Below are positions 1 to 12,620 of a DNA stretch of 64,000 nucleotides, piece after piece. The notes under the pieces are model-generated. The model searched no databases. It was not told where the DNA came from and saw only the letters and a list, made by a program, of their open reading frames with translations. Both the position numbers and the translations under genes were made by a program. Numbering within the stretch: the stretch's first letter is position 1; each line of letters starts with the position of its first letter. The stretch lies in the NCBI GenBank assembly GCA_977030845.1, contig OZ365114.1, positions 22,568,001 to 22,632,000 of the forward strand, read 5' to 3'. This DNA is from Fimbriosthenelais zetlandica. Its lineage: Eukaryota.

Positions 1-330
1 ACAAGCCTGACCCCATAGTGGCCCCATGCCGCACCAGGCTAGCATGGGAACGTATTTATATTAGTATAAACTTATTTATACATAACATAAACCATAAATT
101 TCTGTGGAAAAATTTTTATCACAATGAAACGAAAATTTTTAACATTTTATTGTGAAAGTCCTAAAATGCTTAAGGCCTTTCCTATTCTATATTGGTCAAA
201 AACAAGTTATAATGCCCTAAGGCATTGTCCGTCAGTAGCCAAGGCATTATCTGGCCTTAAACCGTTAAAAGTGGTAGAGACAGGCCTCCGATTTACCTCC
301 CCCTCCCCACACCTCTGTACAAGCACTCAC

Positions 331-538
331 CTGGTCATACTCGTTCCATTTGGAGTAAGCGTAAGGATTTCTTTTGAAGAAACATCGTTTTTCGATGGCC
401 AGTCCGTCTGAAGCCTTGCCCATGAGTCTTGAAGACTATTATAATTATCTGACTGTCCAATTTCTGTCACCTTCACCAATGCCGTCTCCTTTCCCAGTAT
501 ATGATGCGGGCTACGATAAATGTTTATATTTTCACAAC
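331..538 (-). other. Candidate internal coding exon of an unidentified gene continuing left of the window
   Basis: Consensus donor CAG|GTGAGT at 330 and a weak acceptor TGCACAG| at 539. One frame is open for all 68 whole codons (CENINIYRSPHHILGKETALVKV...LTPNGTSMT) and meets a stop just past the donor. No family recognised. Confidence 0.3.
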
Positions 539-1741
539 CTGTGCATATATTTATAGGTATTGACGTATAGTAGTCTATGTTAAAGGCATTAACTACTGCA
601 TAATTATAGATAGAACTGGTAGTGTATGGGCCTGCAGGATTCAGGTCATGGTGGTGGGGAATCAGGGTGAGATACAGAACATTTTCTTCTAATTATCTCC
701 AGGTCTCTCCTGTTAGTCTGTCTGGCGTCATACTAATTGCTGCACACCAGGTCGCAGTCGTAACTCAAAATGACATGATTAAAAAAAATAATATTATTTA
801 GTATGTGCCAAAGCAATGAGGATCTATAGAAAGCAACATAACATGAACAAAGCCTTTCGTATTTCATATTATGTTTACCACAAAAACACAAAACAATATT
901 ACTTATTGAAAAATTAAAGTTCAACAGCAATTAACAGTCACCTCGTAAAAATATCTTTTTGGATGAAGTCAGTGAAGATTTTCCTGTTCTTGAGATTATT
1001 TTTGCTTAATGTGAGAGTCCTGGCAGACAAGAGTTCATGGAGTGGATCAAGTGGAGACTATGCAAATGAGCTCTTAACGCTTTTAGAAGTTGGAGCAGTT
1101 GGGGAGATGTTTCTCCTGAATTTGCCAGCATTTGTTAATAGGGGCCAGTGACCTGCCATCTTCCAATAACCTTCTCTCTGGTTTCATTTGGCAATTGGTA
1201 TTCTTTAATGAATGTACCAAGCGACAGGTAAAAGTCTGCTTTATTACTTTGTTCTCAACCTACCCCCGAAGCTAAATAAGAAAACTAGAATCTGAAGACA
1301 CAACATCAGTGTCCCCCGAAATATTTAGTAGAATTAGATTAATTGTCATTTAATTATGTGAAATATCGTTGAATTGGGCATAATTAATTTTAAGAACATA
1401 AGAAAAATATGGCAGCAGGCATGTAAAGTTCCCCAAAAGAATCTTTTTAATTCTAGTGATTTATCGTCCAATTGAGCATAATTGTACCATTAACAAAATA
1501 AGAACATTAACCCTGCCCAGGCATACTGAACATTGCAGACAGACCCATATAACTGTTAAAGTTTGACAACATTTAATTGTCAGTTGCTCGATATTGGGAG
1601 ATCGATCCAAATAGATAAAATTATTTTAGGATATTTTGAGGTTTAGAACGTTTTATTCTTAGAATTAGACGAATTTGATGTATGTATTGACTACTAGTGT
1701 TATCCCACTATTATAGTATAAGCATGGAGTCTATAAGTCCT

Positions 1742-1792
1742 GGGTACAATATAATTGTGGGGTACAATAATTTGTGGGGTACAATATTGTTG
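1742..1792. repeat. Degenerate minisatellite, three units of 16-18 bp (GGGTACAATA...TTGTG)
   Basis: Units gggtacaatataattgtg / gggtacaataatttgtg / gggtacaatattgttg are directly visible. Confidence 0.8.
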
Positions 1793-4700
1793 GTGTATAG
1801 TGTTGTGTATTACTCCCATGCTGCTATAAGTCAGCAGATGTAGGCGTAATATTTTACTTCCTGTGCCACGTATAAGTTGACTGATGTTCCCGTGTGGTGT
1901 CACGTAGACCTATAATTTCACAAGTAAACGCACCCACCAGACCTGTTCACCAGAGTCTAATATATCAAAGTAAAATATTCCAATGGCCTCTTGCTCCATT
2001 ATTTCACATAAAATCTACCCTCTACGTGATCCCACTATTTGTGTGTGGGCATGTAGCAGGGGAATGCTGCATGGCCTTAATTGCCTGAAATTAAAGACCA
2101 TAAAGTTGTCAAAACCTGTCCATTGCACGATGACGACCATATCGATGCTGTTGTAAAATACTGGTCTACTTCCATCTTCTATCTAGTAAGGCAAAAAGGT
2201 CTGCTCTTAGAATTACCCTGCATTTTGTCAAAAACATAATTTGTTATGATTTGTGAATAATGTTCCCATGGAAGGCACCAGTGCTGTCTGGTTGAGTATT
2301 TCGCCGCATGATAGCACCACAGAAGCCAGTCAAGCCGGGAAACCTCCGAGCCCGTACACTTCCTGTTCAATCATCACGTACGTGAGCAGCTCCTAATACA
2401 GGAAGTCTTTGATCACGTGCAGCCAATTGCCCCTTGATACGACTGCCCAGTATACAGCAGACCTTCTGTCCATTACACTCTGGCCGTTTCTATATAAACC
2501 AGACCCAGAATATGAAGATGTATAGTGCAAAGAAACAAGGTGAATAATGAGAAAATGGCCACTGGACTTTCCCTGGGGTGTCATGGCAACTTTTGGTTAA
2601 TGGATGGACTACAGGCCTTATTAGTTGCACATTGAGCTCAAAAAGACAGGTGTGCATGATGTATGTCCTTTAATTCCCAGCTCCTATAACGCTCTTCTGG
2701 CGTCATCAAATACCCACCTCGCCATAGCAGCTGTCATGGCGTTAAATCACCATTCATTCCTTCAAATACCCACTGACACATGTACACACATTAGTAAGCC
2801 CCTCTTCCAGTTGCATATGTTGTAATTCTGTGAGACTCATTCGATGAACGGATGAGAATGGTTCCATATCTATGGCTTCATTAAATTTCCAAGTAACTGT
2901 GATGCTCCCTGGTCCTGCTTTATTTAATCCGGAGAACAGAATCTCAGCTACAGGTCTCCTGCCTGTCATTCATATTCCATTATATAACTGTAAATGGTAT
3001 GATATTTTGATGAATTATACTCAAATTACTCGTTGTGCCTGGCTTTGCTTGCCAAAGTAATCCGATATGACATAAGAAATCTTCAAATGTTTTAGCAAAA
3101 TGCGTTAATGTCCTTAATGGACTTATAGTCATAGGTTCGAAGCTTATTTTAGACGTCAATTTAATGGAAAATTAACAGGATTATATATTCAGCAGACCAG
3201 TGCTCAGATATGCTTCTCGCGATTCTAATGCAGTTGATCCATAATGAATTTATAGTCATGCCATACGACAAATGTCGTATGAAGCACCTTTGTCTCCTTC
3301 GAGTTCATTGGGATGTATTTTGCCATTTTGCAATCTACAACAGCATAGCAAGATGCTTTTCATTATTTAGTTCATGTTGAACTATATGATATGATAATAA
3401 TGACCATTAATAATTAGTTCATAGTACCATTAATCGTATCAGATCTCTAGATATTTTCTCGTTGGACTCTCCAGACCTGGTGCTGTTATCGCTGTCATAG
3501 TGACTGGCCCTAATGTTGCTAATGCCAGAAAATGCTGCTGACAGATTAGCAGACGTCACATTACTGGATTGCTATACCAGTCCAGCCATGTGGACCGGTA
3601 ATATGCTTAAGAGGATCATATTTCCTGTATATATATATGTAAATGTAAGTTGCTAATCATGAGTTGGTGGGACTAACATGAGCTGAATATAATGTGAACA
3701 TCTGATAAACCCTGTATATATTATGTCTTTTGCCACTTAGTCATAAATAATTAAAAGGAATAGCCAATGATTTAAAGGGTATCACATTCCCCATTGCATG
3801 AATTCACCGCAATTATATGTAGACCCTATACATTAAAGTAAGAGAGATTGAGGCTATAACTTGAATTCCCACAATTAGTTAAGCCTGCTTATAATTATTG
3901 TCACACTACTACATGATTGTGTCTGCACTCAAAAGATGACAAGGGGTAGAAGCCATAATTTCTTGAGAAATGAATTCATACACATTTGCCGAATGAGCCC
4001 GCCACAATATCCACTCCACTTCATTAGCAAATTACTTGTCATAAAAAACCATTACCCTTATTACCAGCTACGTGGAGCGGGAAAATATTTGGTGATCAAT
4101 TTGCATTTGCATAAAAATACCCCTTTTCCATCCCCTCTGCATCGTGTCACATGTGGCTGTCAGGCATCCACCACTGATGACACTAGCTGTCTCTATACGG
4201 GGGAAACCCCTCACACAGCCGGAGATATGATTAATAATGAAAAAGACACTGCCACCGGCCATAAAGACCAGCCTTCTTAATTATAGATTTGGGAAGGCCT
4301 GTAGGATCACTTTACATATCAGTGTCAGTTGATATGTCAAAACCGCAACAGGTGTATTACTATCAAACACTATCACTGACAAACATCGAAATCCCAGCAG
4401 AACTCATCACCAGGGCCCACTGAATTCTAATCCATATTAATGGTGTTGAGAAGAAGGAAAATAAGAAAGAACAGAATTGCAGTCTGAATAATATGTTGAG
4501 TTGGAAAAATGATCTGACATTTTACAGAATTCTATATAGGCTATTCAACATTTTTCAGGAACTAGAGGCATCTAGACAAAATTTAGATGAGGAATGAAAT
4601 TGGCTTTTACTCTATACCAGGTCTGATTAGTCAAGCATGGAATTGGTTAGAATTAAATGCTGCTCATAGGGGGATTATTTCCATCTTTCTGTACAGTTTC

Positions 4701-7700
4701 TCTATGATGTTCTCTTAATACCACCCGAACCAATTGATTCAAGATTATAGTCCAATCTACCGTCTAATACATGAATTAGATAGGAAGATGGACATCCAAG
4801 GTTAAATCTAATTCAATCTAAATGGACATGAGAGGGATTGACCACAATAAGAAGATTCTACGGAAAAACAGAGGGAGTTGATTATCATTTAACAGAGGCT
4901 TGTCAGTTCGATTAAGACAGTTTAATTGGATGAGTTGCCATGGCCCATAGGAATACTTCCCCACTAACTCAATTATAAATCTTACCGAATGTAATTCCAC
5001 CTGTCTGAAGGCTTTATAGAAGACGTCACTGTCTCACTCTTATATTAAATCATCACAAGAAGGTACGAGTTTATGAAGCATAGTTTGATGAATGTCGTAA
5101 ACAATTTAGATTATTTAATTCTATGGGATGAAACTCAGATGTATATCCAAAGAAAGATAAATAGGGCTTCCCATTGGCTAATAGTGTGCATTTGAAATCT
5201 TGCCCCTGCCTTTGAAGTCAAGAAATGAATTAAGGCAAACGGGTAGGGAGGGGAATCTAACTATAAAGAAGGACTATATTCAGCTTTGAATAAGTCAACC
5301 GAGGTCATGAAAAATCCAGAGCAGTCACACCTTTTACACACATAGGAGATCCATTTCTCAAAGTCCAGCAAGCTGCACAAGGGTATAGAATCACTGAGGC
5401 GTGGGCTTTCCCTCTGAAGTTTGGAGAATGGATTATCTCTGGGACAAAAGGTTGGATGTAGGGTGAAGCTCGGGGTTTCTGGAGTTGGTGGCCGAGGGTC
5501 ATCTACGGATCTATGGTATATTCCACTTGTCCCTCCACACAGGGTGGGGCCTGTACATACAACCTGACCCCAACCTCAGAATTCCCTCAGAAGCACAGCT
5601 TTGATGTGATATGAATGATACATGGTATGGAAACGAGTGAGACAGGTCTATCTCAATTCACTTCTTCTTTACCTGACTCCATTATAAAGCTATATGTTGG
5701 CATGGACCCTGTCTGTTGTTAAGGGAACAGCCATGTGACCATTGCCTGACAACCCCATTTGTATCTATACAAAGAATGTAATTAATCTATTACATACAGA
5801 ATGGTAATAATTACAAAGTGGGCCCTTCCGGGGATGCTATCGGAAGTGCAAAATTGGCTATGAAGAAAGTTATGTATGTACATTGTATAGGCCTACTTTA
5901 TATGGATGTTGGAGGAAGTGGGCTGCCTGGTGACTGAGGTATTCACTGGATTCCTAATACATGGGACAAGTACGATAGATACATGTATGACTACCTATTT
6001 ATCAACATGTTAATACTCATTATTTTGAGTCCTTGATCCATCCATAAATTGGGGTTTGTTGATGTCCATGGGGCAATTAAACCTTTGGTGGTCAGAGGAT
6101 AAATGCATGGGAAGGGCTAATAAATCTGGGGACAGGACATGTCCATCACCGAAAAATTATTTTATTATTTCTGCTTAGGCTAAATATTTACTCAGATACA
6201 TGTATCAAGATCAGTTCAAAGCCTCACTAGCAATAATTCACTATCAGCATGATGTATCCTTTGTTGGCCTGTTGAATAATGGTTAGAACAAAAGTGGCGA
6301 AAACCCTTTCAGTGGCGAAATACCTTCCAGACCAGCCCCTTACAACTGATACATTTGGAATCCGACTGTATAGCCTTTAATGGTGTCCGGATCCTTGTCC
6401 CCCAATGGGAACCAAAATTATAATTCTGAATCCCATCTCAGCCCTTAATGGAGGGTGTACTACTGTCTCCCCAATCCATTCCAATCTGCATCTTACATGT
6501 GTCTTGAGGGGATTTAGAAGTTGCACATTAATCAAATTTGATGAATATTCATCAATAGGGCATACTTTTATGAGGTGGTTCTTTGAAGCTTTCATGCCAC
6601 ATTTTTGCCAAAAAGGGGTTACCTTCCAGGGTTATGTCCCTGTAAATGAAACTTGTCAAACATAAAGGATAGCACCAACTTTACCTTGAATGCACTCGCT
6701 GTGGCATGCCACTTTATGGGCCCGTGAGGCCCAAGATCTAAAAGAAGGTCTGCAGAGAGACATTAGTAATTTACCAGGTAGTCTCCGTGGAGTATATTTA
6801 ATTGAAGGTACGAATTTTGGCAAAAGCAAGTCTTCAAGTTTTGAAAACAAATCCAATTAAATTTTACTTGATTATTGTTCAAACACGTCAGTGTTTCTTG
6901 TATTATAGGCCTTGAAGGTCATAGCCTTCATCGTTTTTTTTCTAATTAATTCATTCAATCAGATTTTTTTTATTATATTGAATCAGATCCTATAACTCAG
7001 ATATCATGTATACCTATACCTGTTATCTTGACTCCTTGACAGTATATTCCCCTGACAGGTACCGTTACCCTAATCCTTTCATGCAAATCTTGTATGTTAA
7101 TGAAGTCACTGCAAACAAAGACGCACATCTACCAAATTTCAGCTTTTCCTTCATCTAATTTCCTGACCACCCACATCATGTTTGCCTCCCCATCATGCAA
7201 TTCTCTCATCTGGTTCATCTGGACCTCCATCCACTTCTTTTTCTTTGTTTAACTGAACAAGAGAAAACATTGTTTCGGAAATGATGTTGATTTTCTCTCA
7301 ACTTTTGGCTGCTTTAATAGGCTGAAGTGTCCCAAGAACGTCTTTGTTCTTATGGTTTGCCATTTGTTTTCTTCTAAAATTCCATTTGTATTTCCAATAA
7401 TTGTTTTCTTACAATTTGTAGTATGTAAATCAAATTTGACCAATGGTATGAATTACAAGACAATTTTACTGGTCAGGACGGATGTCAATGTCATAGGATT
7501 CTTCTTTCTGAGGTTGATCTTGTTTCCTGGGTCCTCTAGGGAAATTCACTCCCTGCTTTCTTCTGTAAACTGGTTAGTGCAGTCAGAATACTCTGTGGGG
7601 CAGAATATGGCTTCCTGAGCACAGAGCACAATCTCATTGGGTCAAAATTAAGTAGGGGTAGGTGGCTTTACAAGCCTCCTGACTACATGGTCTATCAGGT

Positions 7701-10009
7701 CATCTACTGACATGGAGCTGGCCAAGTCAGACTTCTTATGGAATTAATTCCTCAACCTTACCTCTAGCCCGATACCACTTTCTATTTCTTAATCAAATTC
7801 ACATTCTATAGCCGCTTTGCAAGTTATCGGTGACTTATGAGCACCCAGGTTTCCTTGATAATTAAAAGTGTAACCTAATTCAGCGCAGTACGCAGAGATG
7901 ATAGCCATAAAAGACTCATAAAATAAATCAATGCAATCAGTCGGTCCCCACCTGGTTGTGCAAACAACCAAATTGCATATAGAGAGCCATGCAGCTGTTA
8001 AGAAAGACACGGGGAAATTCGTTTAGTAGTCAGATTTCTGGACCTAATTGTATTAAGTAAATCACATTGGGCAAGAGCTGGAGGCCCTGCAAGTAGACTA
8101 ATCCTCAAATCTAAACCGAATATCGCCCTCTGTGCCTCATAGAACATGACTTTAACTTTAACTGAACCATGACGAAAAGTTCAGACGGTCACACTTGTGT
8201 GCATGGTGAATATTTATACAGTATCATTGGGCATTGATCATCACGTCAAATGTCGATCGATATTGACTTAAACAAAAATTAATAATAATAATGTTACTTA
8301 TTGGTTAGCATAAGGGCTGATGTCCATGCGGGACCTGCAGCAGCCCGTTTCAAGACGAGTTCAATGCTAAGTCTGGCTGTTGATCCAGTACATAAGACTG
8401 GAAGAAACTAGCTTTATAAAGGTTATCAATCATGTAAGCATGTTTAATCTTGAAGAGTAATCATCATCTTGCCCTATCAGTGAAAGCCAGAGGTCTTTGC
8501 TAGACTTAATCTCTCCTATATCAGGGAGAGCTATCTTCACTGCCATTTCCAGGGACAGATGGACCATCATAGATAAATGCACCATTCTCATGCACATCCC
8601 TTCTAATTTCTAAACTGTCACTTGGTTAAATTTGTAACGGTCAAGTATATAGGCCCTATTTATTATGCTGAACTTTCTTACTGATTTGTTTATCTAGTTT
8701 TTGCAGACATAGCCTTTATAGACAGGGATCTGTCATGACCTTTTGTTGACCCTTCACATTTTCTGTCACTACGAAACTTCTCTCCTAACCCATATGATAC
8801 ATTTTGGCCCACATTTGAGACATCAGGATATGGGCGCGCATGATTCATATTACCGTGAATTAGAACGTGGATGAACTCATGTACGAACATTAGATGGGCG
8901 TACCCAATCCAGGTTTCCTTGAATTAGTGTCAATTAATTTTAAATGGAATCTCTGAATAATGTAATCAACGTGATGTGTATAATCAAGTTCCTTGCAACA
9001 TAAAGCTCCCCTCAAATCCTATCGCCTCTTCCAGAAAAATAATGTGAACGTTTTGTAAGAACACCCATTCTGATGAGGTACATAATTAAAGCTACTTCAC
9101 ATTGCACCAGCGTGTCTTGCATTCTGCACGTATACGTGACTTCTATGAGGGCTATACTTTTTTCTTGTCATTAATCTTGAGTACGTCAAAAAAGTCCATT
9201 AGTTTCAAATCCATTATTATATCAGCCATATTATATTATAAGAGATTGTAAGATACTGGGTATCAAGGGTGTCATTGTGGACCATTGTCACAATATTTTC
9301 CACTGATGTTCAATATATAGCACACATTTGCAATCTCTCGTCTCCATTCAACAAAATCTCGCCCGGGGGCCGATAATGTAAAGAAAGGTATGAGCCTGAT
9401 GATCATATGCACATTTCCTGCATGCAAATTTACTAATTATTAACTGGTCTCTATAAAGTGAGATGTGTCTCTCATTGTAGTTTTCATCCGGTCTTGGCTT
9501 AATCGGCCCGACATCAGTTTCCAGACAATGCTTTCACATTTTTTGTTTTGCGTTCATCCAATAATCATGGATTTATGGTTTGTGCTGTTTTTGTTACACG
9601 CAGACAACACATTTCTGCAAGCTGTGACTGATGTAAACATCTTTTCCTTGCTCCTTCACCATTTTTCCTTCACGGTTATCAGTATTTCAATTCCTTTAAA
9701 TTTGGCTTCTAGTATGTGTCTGTCTGGCTTGACGGAGTGATTTGTGTTTACTGTTATAAACACACACAATGCTGGATATTTCAATAATTATGTTAGACTG
9801 GAACTTTTAAACAATTCTGAGAATATTCAACACCAATCTCAGTTTTCCGCGTAAATTTTCAAGAAACCACAATTAATTGGCTATGCCGAGGATTCCAGAG
9901 TGACCCCATTAAATATAAGTTCTGGCTCTCGTCATATCTGAATACGTTGTGCAATACAGTGACAAATGCAAAGAAAAGTAGTGAATCCATAAGATTTCCA
10001 ACATATATC

Positions 10010-10015
10010 TTTATT
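10010..10015 (-). terminator. Candidate polyadenylation signal (AATAAA) for AstC-R
   Basis: AATAAA on the minus strand about 940 nt after the stop, followed by a U-rich tract (CTACTTTTCTTTGCATTTGT). Other AATAAA/ATTAAA hexamers exist nearby, so the choice is uncertain. Confidence 0.25.
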
Positions 10016-10348
10016 TTCATTAAAATGATTGAGTTCCACCAGATATGAATATAATGTCATTAAGATCCATATAAACAGGGAGGGAGGGATGGGGTATGAA
10101 AAGGACCGCGTGGTTCACTATTTGTAACTATTTGGACGCTGATAAAATACCACTTATGGAACTAGAATTATTTTTGGGTTTTAATGCATCATTAATAGTT
10201 TGCAAACATATAAATTGGAGTTAAAATATACAAAGGAAGGGTCTTGTTTGGGATCTTTCATATTTCATCGACCAGACCACACTTAATTATTCTTGGTGGC
10301 CATTACTTTGGATAAAATATATTCGTAAGAGTGGGACACTGTGTATCT

Positions 10349-10390
10349 GGGCCCGTTTGTTGAATTTTCCCATAGACTTAACATGGGATT
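10349..10390 (+). mobile_element. One end of a PIF/Harbinger-like MITE remnant in the presumed AstC-R 3'UTR
   Basis: Starts GGGCCCGTTT and carries TCCCAT-AGACTTAAC-ATGGGA. Both the terminus and the CATWGACTTAAC core resemble the element at 20649-20712. No partner terminus found. Confidence 0.4.
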
Positions 10391-10948
10391 AACAATCTAA
10401 AAAGGCACCCCAGATTGCCCCAGAGATTTTTTGGAGAGACCAATTTTGATGTCCCAAACTGTCAAGATCCACCAAGATCCTTCCTTGTTCACCAACTGAC
10501 ATTAATCAAGCACGGACATAATGAGTAAATCATTAAAATATAATCTACAGCAGGATAGCATTATATATGTATAAGGCGAAGTTGAATGTATATCTTTAAG
10601 CATTTGACAGTCAACAGTTTGTATACATATGAATTTCAATTTGCGGTTTGGGAGGTTCATGAATATCTTTTCGAAATAAAGGCCGCTTTTCGGCACCTTC
10701 CCATCGGTATAATATATATGCGACATAGCTGAAACTTTGAGAATCTTACCACAACATACCACTGCCAAAGTTTCAATCTTCATTTAGATTCTAAACACCA
10801 ACATAATTAAGGATTCCCACCGAGTCAATGTCGTTAGTCTGGACCAGCAAAAATTTGCTCATTTGGCCTAATTTCTGGTGTCCTATTACCATTGTAGCTA
10901 AAATATATGCCAATGAAACAGTCCCACAATTCTCAGTTTGTGATAGTC

Positions 10949-12205
10949 TTAAAGTGAGTCGGGAGGGGGTTCCCTGACAAGTGAAGTTTCGGCCTCCAGT
11001 CCATCGTGGTTGACGATCATGGCCTTGCTCTCCTCTGGTTGTGCTGAGGTCTCGTACCTTGTAGATGTAGTCATGTTTGTTGTTACAAACTCTATCTCTT
11101 CACTTGGTGGCATAGCCGGTTTGTCATTCGAGTTCTGCCCATTTCCCTGCATGACAGGATGAGCAAGCCCTGCATTGGACTTGCGCCCAGGGAATATACT
11201 GTGCTCTGTTTGTAAAGCTGCGTTGACCTCTGACACACTGGCACATTCAAACGCCTTGATGAAACTCTTACGGAAGTTGTCACTGAGGAAGGCGTAGAGG
11301 ACAGGGTTGAGCATGCTGTTTGTGTAGGACATGACGGTGATGATTTGGAACAGCTGCACACACCAAAAAGGCATATCTGAGGTTGCGAACGTCAAGGCCA
11401 CCTGAAACACCCAGTATGGGAGCCAGCAGATGACGTAGACAGCGATGACAGTCAGGACCATCAGGGTGACTTTTCGATGGGTCCTTTTCTTTTCCCGGGA
11501 CTTTTGCCTTGGTCCTACACTTTTCAATCGAAGCACAACCAGTGCGTAGAAGACGACAATAAGAGCTACAGGAATGGCAAACCCTAGCAGGAGGGCATAC
11601 CATATAAAAGCTTTGTCAGGGGAGATGGGTTGGCCCTCAGGCCATGATAGGGTGCAGCTAACCCTACCTTGGGGCCCCTCCACAGTGGTGGCATATAAGA
11701 CAATTGGTAGCATGACGAGAAAGGAAGCTGTCCACACACATATACAGACAATCCTGGAGAGGAGTGGGGTTCTGTATCGCATTGACTTGATGGGATGGCA
11801 CACTGCCGTGTAACGATCAGCACTCATAACTGTAAGTGTGAACACACTGGTAAACCAATTTATGGAGGTGAGAATATAAAATATCTTACACATGACAAAA
11901 CCAAATAGCCAGTTCCTCATTATTGCAGTGGTAATGAGGAAGGGCAGTCCTACAATGAAGCACAGATCCGCAATGGCCAAGTTTAGAATGTACATATTGG
12001 TGACTGTTTTCATCTTGGCGAATCTGAGCACTACATAGATGACAAGACCATTGCCCAGGAGACCAGCAACACAAATTATAGCATAAAGTGAGGTGGAAAT
12101 AACTGTCCATGGGTCAATGCTTTGACCAGCGGTACCGTTGTATGCCTCCATTTCCAGCTGAAGGGAAGCCGAACAATTGGCTAATGCTAAACAGCCCTCG
12201 GCCAT
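10949..12205 (-). CDS. AstC-R: Allatostatin-C / somatostatin receptor family class A GPCR, intronless CDS, 418 aa
   Basis: Seven hydrophobic helices with class A motifs: GN (TM1), LAIAD (TM2), C3.25 and DRY (TM3), CWLPY (TM6), NPVLY (TM7). AstC-R-type ICL3 (VGPRQKSREKKRTHRKVT) and helix 8/C-tail (DNFRKSFIKAFECASVSEVNAALQTEHSIFP). N-glycosylation sequons NCS and NGT. The ATG is in a strong context (AAG-ATG-G) with an in-frame TAA four codons upstream. GC is higher than in the flanks. Confidence 0.95.
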   Translation of the reverse strand: MAEGCLALANCSASLQLEMEAYNGTAGQSIDPWTVISTSLYAIICVAGLLGNGLVIYVVLRFAKMKTVTNMYILNLAIADLCFIVGLPFLITTAIMRNWLFGFVMCKIFYILTSINWFTSVFTLTVMSADRYTAVCHPIKSMRYRTPLLSRIVCICVWTASFLVMLPIVLYATTVEGPQGRVSCTLSWPEGQPISPDKAFIWYALLLGFAIPVALIVVFYALVVLRLKSVGPRQKSREKKRTHRKVTLMVLTVIAVYVICWLPYWVFQVALTFATSDMPFWCVQLFQIITVMSYTNSMLNPVLYAFLSDNFRKSFIKAFECASVSEVNAALQTEHSIFPGRKSNAGLAHPVMQGNGQNSNDKPAMPPSEEIEFVTTNMTTSTRYETSAQPEESKAMIVNHDGLEAETSLVREPPPDSL

Positions 12206-12237
12206 CTTGATACTTTAGTAGTTCTCTTCAATTACTG

Positions 12238-12620
12238 CTGGGAAAACTCATATAACAAAGTGAGAGTGACTGGCACCTGCATCTCAGAATATTACATTTC
12301 CATAGGTGGAGGAAGGGATGCTGTAGAGATGGTCATATCCTGGCTCCCATCTGTTTTATGATGGTAACTTCCTCAATAGCTGACCAAGAGGAATTCAATG
12401 GAAATGCAGCATGCAGCAGGTGTCTTTTTGTTAATACACTCCTGATATTGACATCTGAAAAAGAAGATGGATTGAGAGTAAACAAAACTTCGTTTCTCAT
12501 AAATTATGACAATATATTAAAGATTAAACATCATCAAATTACAATTATATCATCAATCAATGTTCCTCCACATTAACCTTATTGAAATTAACATCTGGCT
12601 ATAGCACTAGGTGTGCTCAC
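12238..12620 (-). other. Putative 5'UTR intron of AstC-R with a tandem NAGNAG acceptor
   Basis: On the minus strand, CTCAC branch-like sites precede TTTTCCCAG|CAG| (CAGs at 12240-12238 and 12237-12235), about 30 nt before the ATG. The nearest good donor is TAG|GTGAGC at 12620. The acceptor is better supported than this particular donor. Confidence 0.4.

Noticed and set aside
3262-3281. CATACGACA-AA-TGTCGTATG and other short palindromes (6701-6712, 9108-9119, 14520-14531, 16322-16343)
   Set aside because: About 16 perfect 12-bp palindromes and about one 9-bp-arm hairpin are expected by chance in 64 kb.
5292-5307. AAGTCA-ACCG-AGGTCA DR4-like element
   Set aside because: One half-site is imperfect and this is expected by chance.
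6685-6749. CHSECIQG(C) resembles a furin-like Cys-rich repeat when joined to exon 331-538
   Set aside because: The following Cys spacing of furin repeats is absent, and the junction is hypothetical.
11092-12110. Overlapping ORFs inside the receptor CDS (11092-11361, 11280-11603, 11574-11813, 11584-11823, 11886-12110)
   Set aside because: Shadow frames of a GC-richer coding sequence, with no recognisable motifs.
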